Assembly (NCBI RefSeq): GCF_022539665.2
Contig: NC_081334.1
Coordinates: 930,001 to 994,000, forward strand
Direction: 5' to 3'
Source of the DNA: Daphnia carinata
Taxonomy: Eukaryota
Length of the DNA: 64,000 bases
Shown: positions 13,205-29,345 of the stretch, piece after piece
How the letters are laid out: each line of letters begins with the position of its first letter
Numbering within the stretch: the first letter of the stretch is position 1
Program-made: the position numbers and the translations under genes
The notes under the pieces: model-generated
The model's database searches: none
Told to the model about the DNA's origin: nothing
The model's input: only the letters and a program-made list of their open reading frames with translations

Positions 13205-15064
13205 TCTGGAGACTACGCGTACAGCTTCTCGACGATAGACGACGCATTTAGAATTGTCCCAGGAATGCTTTTCGATGCTGCATTGTGTTGTGCTCCTGTT
13301 AGTGATGCGGATGCAAACATGGCCAGCCCATATGGCATGACTACCTCCATTTTGTTTCATGCCATCGTCAGGGTAAAAAACGATGTATTAGTAAGGGAAG
13401 ATTTCCGGCTTATAGCTATTTTTATTGTTCTTACCTGCAAAGAATCATATAGTGTACATTTTTATTTCGTCCTTTTTATAACGAAAAAGGGGAGGGGTAA
13501 ATGCTTACACGATGATAAATCACAGGCGAGTGAGACTCTAAGAAATAGCTGTAAAAAAGAAAAGCTTCCTGTCAAAGCTATGGTCAAAGTAACTTAAACT
13601 TTTAGACTTATATTTTTTTTTAATTGATAGAAATTCCCAGTGCAAAATCACCCAATTTTTAGTGGGGAACGCAAGTAAACCAAAGATAGACATCCTTTTC
13701 ATATTTCGGTGCAAATGAGACATTAAGTTAGTAATAATTCGAGAAGTGTTGACATTATTGCGTTACTACTCTCGTAGCCGTACATCAAAATACTTGTTTT
13801 GTAAATTCGTTAAATAGTCAGTACCATTAAATCATATTTTTATAGTCTTGCCGTCACCCGATTTAGTTGTATTCCCAGTCAATTTTCTTAATCTTAAGAA
13901 AATTCATTCGTTCTATCTAGGTCCCAATTGAAAAGATCGCCTTGATCTCAAGTCCTCCTTCATTGCATAGTCAATAACACTTGGAACAGTCTAGATAATT
14001 TTTGTGTACCAAATTTGCTATTGTTCGACTATTTCAAACCTGGTTCTTCTTTACACATTTTTCACCATAATTTTATGCTTCTACACTAGAATTTTTCTTA
14101 TAAAAGCAAATAAGTACTACATTAGAATTTTCTCATAGCAGCAAATAAATAAAGAATTGCTATTCTACCATATTCTTTTTTGTTTTCGGTTCAACCAATT
14201 TGTGAAAGCTGGCATTAGGTGAATTTTATGCAACAGAAGAAAATGGTTTGCATTATAGTGTTCCATTGTCAATGGAGTTTTACTATTCACAACTTTCAGT
14301 TAGGAACACACAACTGCAGCATTTTTACCTCTATGGGAAATACAAAAGCAGTGAAAATTGACTTCACGAATATAATAAGAATTTTCAAACAAATATGATT
14401 GGTCACAACTTTCAAAAAGATTGGTGGGACCCCCTTCAAGCTATGCTCATTGGCTGAGCCAAACCGTTTTCGGGCTTAGGCAGGCCGCCGAATTTTCCAT
14501 GATCTGCTTGCTGTAACGTTTTGCTTTTACATATTTTTTTTTAAACTGTAACGGAAGTGTAGAGAATCTTTTATTATGACGATCAATTCATATCCATAGC
14601 CACCAGTCATTGCAATTTTGCCAAGCATATTTAATGGCGAGGATCGATTTGTCACAGTACCATAACAATCGATATAACTATCACTGGAAATCCGTGATTT
14701 TCTTGAAAAACAACGGTTGCGTGAAATACAGACAACGGTCGAGCGTCGGTACACGATATTCAACAACAAAAATATTTAGATTTTTTACGTGTTTCTTTTC
14801 ATATTACTTTGTTTTTGTGCAATATTAAAAAAAGAATTCCATGCTCATATACTATAAAAAAGCTGTGAGTTAGAAACATCCCAATGTCCATAGCCTCCTA
14901 AATTGACATAGGGAATTATCCCACTTTTGATTTTCAGACCTTTTGGTTTTGCCATAAGTGAATACAGGTATGTTTCAATCTCCATTTGCCTGTCATATGA
15001 AATCTAATGTTTTGAAATTGGCTGAAATCACTAGGTTTCTGGGAACCTCTCATTCCAAAATAGA

Positions 15065-17900
<2,836 letters not shown>

Positions 17901-18485
17901 AATCTGATTTCGAGGTCTACTTAGCCGTTTTAGCAACCGAGGCTGAGCGTTTTGTTACCTGGATTCGTTCGTTGGTAGATCCAACTTACATATATAGGAA
18001 TTATATATTTGATCCGGATCGTCTGTGATAAACCACGAAAAGAGGGGACAGATCCATCGGCTATTTCTTGATACGTGTCCTGTAATTTCGTTTGTATTGC
18101 ATTCGATTTGTTGTTTTGATTGATGTATTTTTAATCTTTTATAGCGTGAACCGTCCTAATTTTATGAAACTCCTAATTTTAAATTTTAATCTACAGTTCA
18201 TATTTCCCTGAAGTTAGGTGCACGCGAAAACCTTGAAGTTTGCTTTCCTGTTCTACTGAATAAAAAGTAATTGCATGCTCGACTGACGCGAAAGGATTCA
18301 TCATAATTCAGTCCGACTTCAATCAACTACAAACTGCACATTATTTTTATACGTAAACCTAAAACTATTTAACATTGACAATATTACTGGACTGAAGGCA
18401 AAAATAGAAAAAAAATCTCAGCTCTGTTGGCGATAAAAAAAAAATGGAATTGTTGCGGCGCATGAATTCTAGGCTCTTGTAGCTT

Positions 18486-18778
18486 TCAGTTTGAAACGGA
18501 TGACACATAAAGTTCTTTCTCTTCGGGATCAGCAGATGTAGGGTTATCTGATGTAACGGAACAATAAAATTATTATAAGAAATAATGTTCTCGGCCTATT
18601 TAATTACCTCGCATTCCTTCTGAAACTGGGCCGCGATTTAACATTCTAAGCATGGCTAAAAATACAAAAAAAAATTATCTTTAAGTATCCAAAACAAAAA
18701 TATTATCAGTAAAAAAAAAAATATGATAAATATACCTGTTCCTTCTACATCTACGTCCAGTATGCTTGGCCTTGCCTC
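18486..18778 (-). CDS. MEAK7: Alternative distal C-terminal exon set of MEAK7 (3 exons)
   Basis: Exons 18778-18736, 18655-18608 and 18547-18486 have canonical GT-AG sites and compatible phases. They encode EARPSILDVDVEGTAMLRMLNRGPVSEGMRDNPTSADPEEKELYVSSVSN*, homologous to the proximal exon. Confidence 0.75.
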
Positions 18779-19202
18779 CTGAAAAATCAAACGATGGCGT
18801 TAAAATAGCAAAAAATATTACGACTTGATAAAGAAAAAAATAACAGTAGTAGATTACGAAAAAGCAATAATAGAAAAAAATTAAAAAGCAGGAAATAAAG
18901 GCTGTGAATGTGAAAAATGTTAAATTAAACATAATGTAACTGCGCATAGAATGGTTAGAAAGTGCAAACGCGTAGCCAAAAAAAAAACAAAAAAAAAAAA
19001 ACAGGGAAATCCGATCATCGGCGTAACTATTCTCCCAAGGTATGCCCTGTTAAAAGTTCGAAGACGACCGGGGAAAAATAAGCAACTATCTACGCAAACT
19101 GGGCATTCGTTGTAGGATCGATTTAGTGGGGTGATTAAATGAAAGAACAAAAAATCATCTAGTCATAGAAAACACATAGCGTTTACGTGGTTGAACCAGA
19201 GG

Positions 19203-21446
19203 TCAATCTTCGTCTACTGGCTCACGCAATCCTTCGCTATGTCTCTCTTTGCCCATTATATCGAGCATGGCTCTGCCCTCGCGGTTAGTGTCCAGTACGC
19301 TTCCACTCATGCCATTTCGAGTTACCTACGTTCAGGCGCAAATGTTTTTGAAGTAAAAATTGATATTCACTAATGTTGACAAATGTTTAAATTATTCTTT
19401 AGTTTTTCTTTTCAAAATGGAATATGTGATTAAAATTACTTAGGCGTTAGCGTTAGGCTTGTAGTCAATCTGATATCTAAATTACTTACATCTTCCTCAT
19501 CAGTTGGTTCTGGACCAACGGCCCACACTTCGACCATATCGATGGAAAACTCTGGCTTGCCCGACAGTTGAGGACAGTTAAAGGTTGTGCAACTTGGTGA
19601 GCATTTGCCTTTTCCTATCGGAAACAAGTGAAATCAGGAAAATAAAAAATTGGAACAATGAAAGACTCCAGCACGCTTGCGCTATATCATTCACGAACAA
19701 CTTCATGTTCTTATTTGTTTAAAGTAATCACCGTATTCCGAATCAACCCAGATGGCAAAATAATCCAATTGGCCGCCCATTCCCTATATTAAAAAGAAGC
19801 TTAGTAATAGCTATAATATGTTTACTCGCAGGCCTCGAGTTTAAGCTAAAAAAAAAAAGAAGACAACGTAATAATACCATTCCATTTGGGAAAGTCTGTT
19901 GCTGAATGTTGAAATATTGATAGTGATCATTGAAACCTGTCGTGTTGTATAAGGCCATTTCAGGTGCCAGCGAGAAGACGAAATTATCCTTCGTGCCTAT
20001 AGTATATAGATTTGTACAGTTAGGAGCTTTACATACGGCTTTTGCGTAGGGTTCCGAATTTTCAAACCTTTAAATTGCGGTCCAATAGTCCAGCTGGTTG
20101 AAGCAAACCCGCCAAATATATGGCCGTCAAAGTCTTTAACAAAAACTACGCTTGGTCCTTTATCAATTATGTTACCCATGAGGCTACAAACGAACCATAA
20201 GAATTACAGAGGTTAAAAAACCATTAAAGCTCAAAATGTCAACCTTGAAAAACTTTCTCCATGAATGCGGCTAGAAAACAACAATCTCCATTCACTTCGG
20301 AACTCGTGTGGTAGGCCACAATTAATAAAAAGTATATCGGAAAGTGACAGCCACTTTAATCAAGAGAAATTTGATCAAAAGGAAAAGTGTTAGTTAATTT
20401 AGAATTTTATTTGACAAAAAAACGGATGTATATTTACCGAAGGATACACTTGGGCTGGTATACCTCGACAAAGAGGAATAAGTGATTTTCCTTTGGTCAA
20501 TGGGAAGTGGAAAATGTGACTTGCGAGCATCCCATGAAATCTGAAAAGATTAAATTTTTTTTAGTTAGAATGGAGTAAGAAACTAAACCTTTATATCGAG
20601 TGTAAAACAAACTCATTTAATAAGCTGCTTCCCGAAAACCACACGCAAACCGCTTGATTATCGAAGCTCTCCATTTTAGTGCTTTTGAGTTCCTTCATTA
20701 TAGCCGCCGCCAAACGTTTAATGGAATCCTTCAACAAGAACCATTAAACTTGCAGAAACTGCTGAAATTCAAACATTAGTTTCTTTTTCTGCAACTTACA
20801 TCTTCTAAACTGCATATATAATTTCCATCCCAAGAGCGAAAGGACGGAAGTCTCCGGATTATTTGAAAAACCACTCGAATTATTTGCGTTGAAAACTAGG
20901 AAAATAAAAATATAAACATAATAAATAAAAATAATATTAATAAAATAAAAAATTAAATAAATATATGTACATATATTATGTTTATGTAGTACTACTTCAA
21001 TAAGCAAGTGCAATTTTCTGAAATATTACATACATAGAATAATTCTTCATATGTTGCTGCACCTCTCCTTCCTTTAGCTATATATATAATCTGAGCTGCT
21101 TTATCTTCAAGTATTCCTTTGATCATTACAGCTGCACAGTGAACATAACCCTCAAAAGTAACTGTATTGTTTGTTGATATTTGGCCAGTCATTAAATCAC
21201 AAATACGTTTTGAAAAAATATCTGCTTCTGCTAGTGGGAGTAAATGTTTTAAGGCATTCTGAAACATAAAAAGATAGTAGAATTTTTTCATATTTATGTG
21301 TATGAGATACATACCTCTACAGTTGGTCTATCAACTTTCTTGTTGCCAGATGAGAGCTGCAAGAAAGTATCTTTAATAATCTCTCTCTCTTCTGATGGAA
21401 ATTGTGCCAATTCTTGATTTAGTTCTTTGCTTTCCCCTAAACCCAT
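19203..21446 (-). CDS. MEAK7: MEAK7 / TLDC1 (TLDc domain protein), isoform using the proximal terminal exon
   Basis: N-terminus MGLGESKE (Gly2, myristoylation-like); TLDc motifs WRLLFSSRIHGESFS, GHIFGGFAS, YFNIQQQTFPNG, VEVWAVG. Terminal exon 19325-19203 encodes SVLDTNREGRAMLDIMGKERHSEGLREPVDED*. Confidence 0.88.
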
Positions 21447-22522
21447 CTAATGAAAAAAAGATTCATATAGCCTTTAAATGCCTTGTGAATGATGTTGCAT
21501 TTAATTATCGTTGTTATTGTTTTCATTATACCATCCTCAATAAGAACTGATGAGCCATCTTTGACTGATGATTTTCAATGTCACAATTAATTCACAGGTT
21601 AAATATATACTGAGTCTTCCACAAAGATCTATTACAAACGTCTCTCAAGCTATAGTACTGCCCTAGAACTGTAACCTTTATCTTTCATCTTGACATGCAC
21701 GGCTGGAAACAAGATACCAGTAACACACAAAATACCTTCTACGACTGTTCCTCTCTCTCATACGTTGAAGCAGGTCGAAGTCTGTTGTTACAAACTTGTT
21801 TTCAAACGTTGCTTCGCGGAACTTATTATTCAAAACTAGGCTTACTTCCTCATTCTTCGAAAATTACCATTTGTCATCAAAACAATGAGAAGCTGAGCCA
21901 TCTGTCAACAGTTTTCCGAAACGATATGTTCTTTTCTATTTTCCCTAATTATTCAGATCCAAACAGCGTTCGGGAACGCTGATTTTTCCATCCAGGAATC
22001 CACCTTGGTTCCGCAGAAACAAGGATCGATCGTAAGTTTCTTCCATTATTTTGTTTAACATGATATATCCACAGTAAATGTATAAATAAGATTAAATCAA
22101 CAAAATCTCATGACATCTCACTTAAATGTCGATATCCTGACATGTGAAGAAACCACCCAACGTGTGAGGGTTTAATAACTGAAAGATAAGACATAATATT
22201 AATGAAAATGTGGCTTGATAATGAAAACTTTATGGATCAAATGGAATAGTTAGCAACATAGAAGATGCCATGCTCTTCTTTTTTACTTGTTATTTATGAA
22301 GATCACCAAAACAGTTATATAGAGTTGAATGTCTCAGCTTTAATAAAGTTGCAAACCATAAATATATTTATATAACTATTAGTACTGTTAATCCAATGAT
22401 GGTATACTTACAGACCACTTTGGTAGGAAAAGCTATTGAATTTGCAAGTACATAAAAATAAAAAAAAATTGTCGAATTCAGGGCAATTCCTATTGATCTC
22501 TTCTGCTTTTCCCAGAAGAGAG

Positions 22523-25342
22523 ATGGATATCAAACTATGGCTGCTGGGATTACTTAAATTAACAGCAGCTTTTGGCATTATAGCTATTTGCTATTTACAC
22601 TTTTGGTTTTGGAATGCAGTCTCCTACTTTGATGAAGTCGACTCGGAATCGAGCATTTACGACTTTATTGTCGGTAAGTGCTTAGTGAATTATTATTTTG
22701 TTATAAGCTGAATTCTCTAGCATGGGAAACACTGTCGTATTCAATTCCATTTTCATTTCTGTAGTAGGAGCAGGTTCAGCTGGGGCAGTAGTGTCATCTC
22801 GTCTCTCCGGGAACGGCAGTTATTCGGTTTTGCTGGTTGAAGCTGGAGGCTATCCTTCCGCACTAGTTAATATTCCACTGATTTCAGGCATCCTTCCGTC
22901 TACACCGTTCTCGTGGAACTACCAAACTGAACCCCAACCATTTGGCCATGCAGCTTCAGTTGGCCATGTAACACAGCAATATTGTTCTATTCACATGCGG
23001 CAAACAAATTATTATTTTTTCCTTATTGATTCTGTTTTCCATACCAGCGATCAATTTGGCCAAGAGGAAAAGTCATTGGAGGATCAAGTATTCTCAATTT
23101 CTTGTTGTACGTGCGTGGGAACAAGCATGATTATGATCATTGGGCTGCTTTAGGCAACGAAGGATGGAGCTACGAAGACGTTTTGCCCTTCTTCAAAAAA
23201 TCAGAGAAAAATACTGGACACTTTATTGAAGGTAACATGCAAAAATTATACTGCAATTATTTGAGTACTACGCATAGATAGTTTTACCGTCTCTTTATAT
23301 CATAAGTTGAAAACAATATTCGATTGAAACTTGCCAGGTAGAATGGAAAATACTAACTAAAACATAAATACCTTTAATAATAGATGAATTCCACGGCAAA
23401 GACGGATGCTTGACAGTCGAAGATAGGGCTTGGAAATCTAATTTACCGCAAGCCTTCATCAAAGCTGGATTAGAACTTGGTTTCGACTATGTTGACATAA
23501 ACGGTCACAACCAAACCGGTGAGGTTTCGCTTCACTCCATTCAAATTTGCCAAGTATGATCTAGCCATTGCACTCTTTAGTATAACAGACTTAACTTTGT
23601 TTTTCATAAACTCATTAGGATTCACAACTCCTCAGTTAACAACTAAACATGGCGCCCGTTGCAGCACATATTCAGCCTTTTTGAAAGACGCCCATAAGCG
23701 TCCTAATCTTAAAGTGATTACATTCGCACAGGTGCAAAAAGTTTTAATTGATGAATCAAAGCAAGCGTACGGGATTCAGTATAAAAGACGCGGTGAGCTT
23801 ATCACTGCCATTGCAGCGAAAGAAATTATCTTGTCAGCAGGCGCAATCGAAACTCCAAAAATTCTAATGTTGTCAGGAGTGGGACCTAAAGAACATTTGG
23901 AGCAACATAAAGTACTCTTTTTTCCGATTTTGCCCTTCTAGAAGTTTGAAAGTAATCACCACATTGATTTGTTCAAGATAAAGGTGAAAGCTGACAGAAG
24001 AGTAGGAGAAAATTTGCAAGATCACAGTAAATCCAAGTCTTTTTTTAGCTTCTCTACAATTTCTTTTCATCTATTATTTACTGATTTATTTGCCAGTTTA
24101 CGTGCCATTGACTCCCCTAGTCCACAATGATAGCTCTGCCTCACTGGTGTCTCCTCTAAACCTGATGGTAATACCTCATTGTGCATTCTATTTTATGAAA
24201 TATTTTAGTATCCAGTAATCTGGCTAAAAGACCCTCAGCAGTAAATGTTTAGTTTTCTCCTGTTTTTAGGCATGGTGGGATTACATTGTTCATGGAGCAG
24301 GTCAGTACTCAAGTAATGGTGTAGACGGCATGGCATTTAAGAGTTCCAAAAACTGCGAACCAGATTGGCCAGACATTCAACTTCATTTCTTGTCCTACTC
24401 AGTCGCTTCGGATCACGGTGTTCGTTTCATTTAGTGAGAAACCAATAATAATCATAGTAACTCCTAATACTTCTGCACAGATTTGCGTAAGACATCTGAT
24501 GGGTTTAGAAGAAAAAGCCTGGAAAGAAATATTTGAACCCGTCTCCAACGAAGACACAGCGTCTATCTTCGCAACCTTGGTTCGACCGAGAAGTCGGGGA
24601 TGGATACGTCTTCGTTCGGTCGATCCATCGCATCAGCCAATTATTGATCCACAATATTATAGTAATCCTCACGATATCCAAGTGATGCTAGAAGGTATAC
24701 CAAATTTAATACTTTAATCTGCCAATGCCTTAACGTTGCATTTAATACTAGGTCTCCAGTTTGCTCAAGAAGTACTCAATACAACAGCGATGAAGAAACA
24801 TCTACGACTGCATAATGCTCAGCATCCTTATTGTCAACAGTTTCCAGTGGATTTCGAATCATATTTAAAGTGCCTTATACAACACATGTCGGCTACTTTA
24901 CATCATCCAGTAGGAAGCTGCAAAATGGTACGTCATCTCCCACACATTCGTCACAACCCGGTGTATTTATTTGGATAAAAATTCGTTTAATTTACGTGCA
25001 ACTTATTCAGGGCCCATCAACAGACCCAGATGCCGTAGTAGATCCGCAGTTGAGGTATGTACCGATTGCATAAAGTTTTCGCTTTCGCATGAAGTAAATC
25101 TTGAAACTACATTGCCACGTGTGGACCTTTCGCGATACAGAGTGTATGGAATCAAAGGTTTACGCGTTGCTGATGCTTCTGTGATGCCCGTTATTCCAAA
25201 TGGGAATATTAATGCGCCTGTTATAATGATTGGAGAAAAAGCAGCGCATATGATTTTAGAAGATCACAGAAATGGTTCTGATCAGAAACGCTTGCAGATT
25301 GATTCTCTAACATTTTCTCAGAAAATAGGAGACGAACTGTGA
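22523..25342 (+). CDS. GMC oxidoreductase (glucose dehydrogenase [FAD, quinone]-like)
   Basis: N-terminal hydrophobic anchor; [15 protein letters not shown]-binding motif; [71 protein letters not shown] (His/Asn catalytic pair). Confidence 0.93.
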
Positions 25343-25686
25343 ATATGCCCAGATCGATTTTTTTATATGTATAGTTGTTGACCTGAGTCGAAACATGAAT
25401 GTGAATGGCACCTATCAGCTTTCCTTTTTTCTATATTATTATGAAAACTAGGTTATCATAAAGAAACTTTATTACTGCAACAACCATAAATCCAAAAATA
25501 TTTTCTTGTAAATTCTTTTCTTACATCTCGAAAAGAAAGCTGATATGTAGACCACGTAAGAGGACGGTTTGACGTTTGGTTAAAATTGAGATTATATGTC
25601 ATAAAAAAAAGAAAACAACGTACGCTCATACGCATAGTAATATCAAAATTGTTCGTAAGGAGAGGAAATAGACCACATCAGATGTC

Positions 25687-27528
25687 TCATTTCTCTTTTA
25701 TGGGAACATCTTTTCCATAAGAAGAACCACGACTGATCAATGTAATATCGATTAGCTTGTAAATGAACGAAGCACCTGGTGGGGAGAAAAATTATAGTTA
25801 ATTTTATATGAAACATTATTTCTTATTTAGATTCTTCTTTAATACTTATTGCAAAAATGAAAACGACTGCCATTAGACTTGTAAATCCTGTGCCCAATAA
25901 CCATTTAACCGAGTGAAACATAAATGGTAAGCAGAAGCTACTCCACAGGCAGAATAACAAAAATGGCAGGATAGAACGTGGACGATAATGACTGAATACC
26001 ATTATGAAATATGATTATTACAAGTAAAATTTGGTTGCTAGAAAATGCTTCCTACCATCGTATAGGGCCATTGAAGTATTTAGCGTCCTCTGCTGCTAAG
26101 GTTGTCGGGAAAACGCCATTTTTCTCGTAAGTGTCCATCAATTTATCCTACATCGTTCGATTACAAATTTTTTTTATCTTTATAGAAAAAAAAGGACGCG
26201 AAAAAAAAATGGAATTTCACGAACTATTTAATACCTTTTTTTCGAAATTATTTAGTAGCCATTCCGCAGACTTATCCATCTCGGTGGGGATATCTTCAAA
26301 AGGAATGCGCTCTAAAAAGACTTCTCCAAAGACGGGCCGACCGAGAAACACATTTAAGAGACTAGGATACACACCTAATTTGCTGAAAATAGAATAAGTA
26401 AAACTTATGATAATAATTGATCATATGAGAACAAAATCATGTCCTTACGCATTGAAACACAGGGTGCCAGAATAAACAGCCCCAAAATTTTGTTTCAGCT
26501 GCTGAGTTATGGCGAAAAATCCTCTCGTCCTAGGTGAACAAAATACGTAACCGACGTACAGAGCTAAGTATAACTTACACACTCCTACCTAGGTATCAAT
26601 AAATGTTTCAAATGTGGTAAACCTTTTCGGGCGGCAAACTCCATCGATACGTCATGTTTTTCCTTACTAAATCTGGTTCCTTCCGGGAAGAATAATAACT
26701 GTAAATTTTAAAAGAAAAGTACATCATATTTTAGTGTAAATTAAAAGTTAAAATTAAAAAATAATGTTTATACCCAGACTGGATCTTCGTACTCGACCAG
26801 ATTTTTTACAAATAAGTCCATAGTTGGCTTGTCCTTTTCCCAGTTTCGTTCTAAAAATCCAATTTCCGCAAACTTCCATGCCCATCCTATGATTGGTATC
26901 CATTCAACTGCTTTTTTAATGAATAGCTTTGAATTCTGAATATTTAAAAAAATGAAAAATGGAGGTCATGTTGAAAAGATCAAATAAAGGCAGCCTAATC
27001 AATGTTTTTATCACATAGCCGACTATTTGTTAAAAATGAAATGCAACTTGCACCAAGAATGTTGGCTTGATTTCCTAGAACCCAGGCTACAAGCCAGTCC
27101 AGCTCGTTCGAGTGATTCAGAATAAGCAATGCATTTTCCGAACCAAGTTTCGACCATGTTTCAGTATCAGTATAAACACTGATAGCTGATCCAGACCAGT
27201 CAATTAGCAATAGAACCTCTAAAAAAAAATAAATAAATAAAATAAAATAAAAACAGTTAATTTAATTCCCGAAAAATTCTACGTAGTACATAAGTAAAAT
27301 ACCGAATTTCAAAAGAGAAAGTACATCATGTTTTCAAAGCTACTTACGATTCCATAAGCAGGTCAGCAGGTAATAATTTATTTTACGATATAATCTTCTG
27401 CTTATTGGTTTGACTGTTAACCACAGACATAGTTGGATTCCGTTCAGTAATAACCCCGAGACGATGAAGCTTATGAAAAGCGTTAATAATACGATGCAAG
27501 TTCCAGCAGTTCTGACTTGCGCCAACAT
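25687..27528 (-). CDS. AGPAT3/4-type acyltransferase, paralog B
   Basis: Motifs NHSNELDW, FLERNWEKDK, FPEGTRF, LIPRTRGF; spliced ORF intact to SRGSSYGKDVPIKEK*. Confidence 0.9.
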
Positions 27529-29229
27529 TTTCTTCCCTCTAAGAAAAAAAAAGAATATTGAATGTATGTTTATGTATGTATTTTTTTGTGTATGTATTTC
27601 CCTTAAGCGCTTTTTTTTCTCTTCGCAATGGTTATGTATGTCTACCTTAAAGAATTAACAATAGGTTCCAGTTTGGCAATAATGGAAACAGTGAATAGGT
27701 AACACTTCAAAAATAAATAAATTTATCATAAATTACGTCATAATTATAATACCAAAACAAAGTTGGAAAGTATCGCAATGGACAATCTTCCAAAGTTGTT
27801 TGTTTACTCGATGAATTCGTAGGAGTTACATCACCCTTACATAATTCCTTCTGTTCAGTGAATCAATATAACGTAACGAGGTCATGTTTGTGGTAGTAAC
27901 GCAACATGCAACAGTGGTTAAAACCGTTAAACTAATAAACATAGAAACCTAATGCTTTATTGCTAACAGCTACAGCCTAAGACAGACATTAATTTTAAAA
28001 AAATTCAAGATGAATTAACTAATTTATATTAATAAAAAAAAAGATGAATTAAACTTATCAATGTTACATCAAAAGTAAGTTTAAAATTTTCTGTTTTTCC
28101 AAATGGCATTACCGTCCCATTTGCTGTTCTGATTCGATTGCGGTTTTCGGTAAAAGAATAAAGTTATATATTGCAACGTCTAGCAGAATATCTAAAACTA
28201 TAAATCAGAAAAATCTCCAAATACCTTATGTTCGTATTTCAGGCCTCTTTAAGATTGATTGAGAGAAGGGGCTTTTCAAACTTTGATGTTTTGGTTTAAT
28301 AAAGCACAATATTACACTTCTTCACGTCCTCTCCAGTACTCGAATTGAATTTGGCAACCGATATCAAGCACGCAACTACACCTCAGTTTACCAGTTGAGG
28401 TAAAACAGGTGTTATCGTGTGGCAGACTACGGTTAGAATGAAGATTCTTCTTTCCTTTGAGGCTTTCAATGGCTGCTATGCGTTGTCGAAGGAATAGGTA
28501 CAGTATAATAATAAAAAATGCCCGAGGCTAACGTTAAGTTCTCAGCTGGCATTATTCAATGGTGGATGCCTCAATGTCTTCCCATGTGTCAAGGTGCGAA
28601 TGTCTTGTACAAGGTACACAAGTGGCGTACAAGACTGCAGATTTGTACACCCGTCTCCATTAATACTGGATCCTTCCACATGGTGGGGAAAATTTTTCGG
28701 CAATTGCTATGTTTGCAAAGAGGGCCAAATCTATCAGTATAGCAATAATGCTATACTATTGTGGTAGCACTACTGCAAAATGCACTACAGGTGGGTAAAA
28801 GCTTGCCTAACAGGACTTAGCCACTGGTTGAATGAATCACTTTTTAACCCGATCTTATGGGTTGTTTTGATTGTTCAAAATGCACAGTCAAGGTGTAAAA
28901 GAGTTATTAACTCCTATAACTTTGTTTCGGTTTTTTTTTTTTTAGTGCACGGTGTACCGTTTTTTAGCATAATCAGGATCGGGATAGCCTTTTTTCTATA
29001 AGTGGCATCGCTGTACTGCATAGCAGACTAAATTCTTTATTTTGCCGTGAGCTCATGATGGACATGTTATACCCCTAGAAGTTAGAATTACTAGCGTATA
29101 CTGTTTTGCTTTCCTTCAGTGCGTAGAGACTGCGAAGGTCCAACAGATTGCCCCGGACGTTTATTGTGACAGGATCAGAACATCACTTATTATTGCGGCC
29201 GTATCCATTTGTGCTTTATCACTTTTCAT

Positions 29230-29237
29230 TATCGATA
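29230..29237. promoter_or_regulatory. DRE (DREF-type) motif TATCGATA upstream of AGPAT paralog C
   Basis: Exact palindromic TATCGATA about 110 nt before the ATG; function unproven. Confidence 0.25.
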
Positions 29238-29345
29238 AGATTTTATAGTATAACTTTACGATAGGTACAATATTCGCCTCCAGTTTCTACTATTTAATTT
29301 AACATTACGTTAACTTTACTGTAGGTAGAGCACGTGTAGCGAAAA

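Noticed and set aside
20585..20615. Apparent in-frame TAA in MEAK7 suggesting a pseudogene
   Set aside because: An earlier GTTTGT donor (after AATGA) removes it and restores the frame into the next exon.
26050..26060. Apparent premature stop (GPIRW*) in AGPAT paralog B
   Set aside because: Explained by the 64-nt intron 25992-26055, which restores GPIRCHYRPR.
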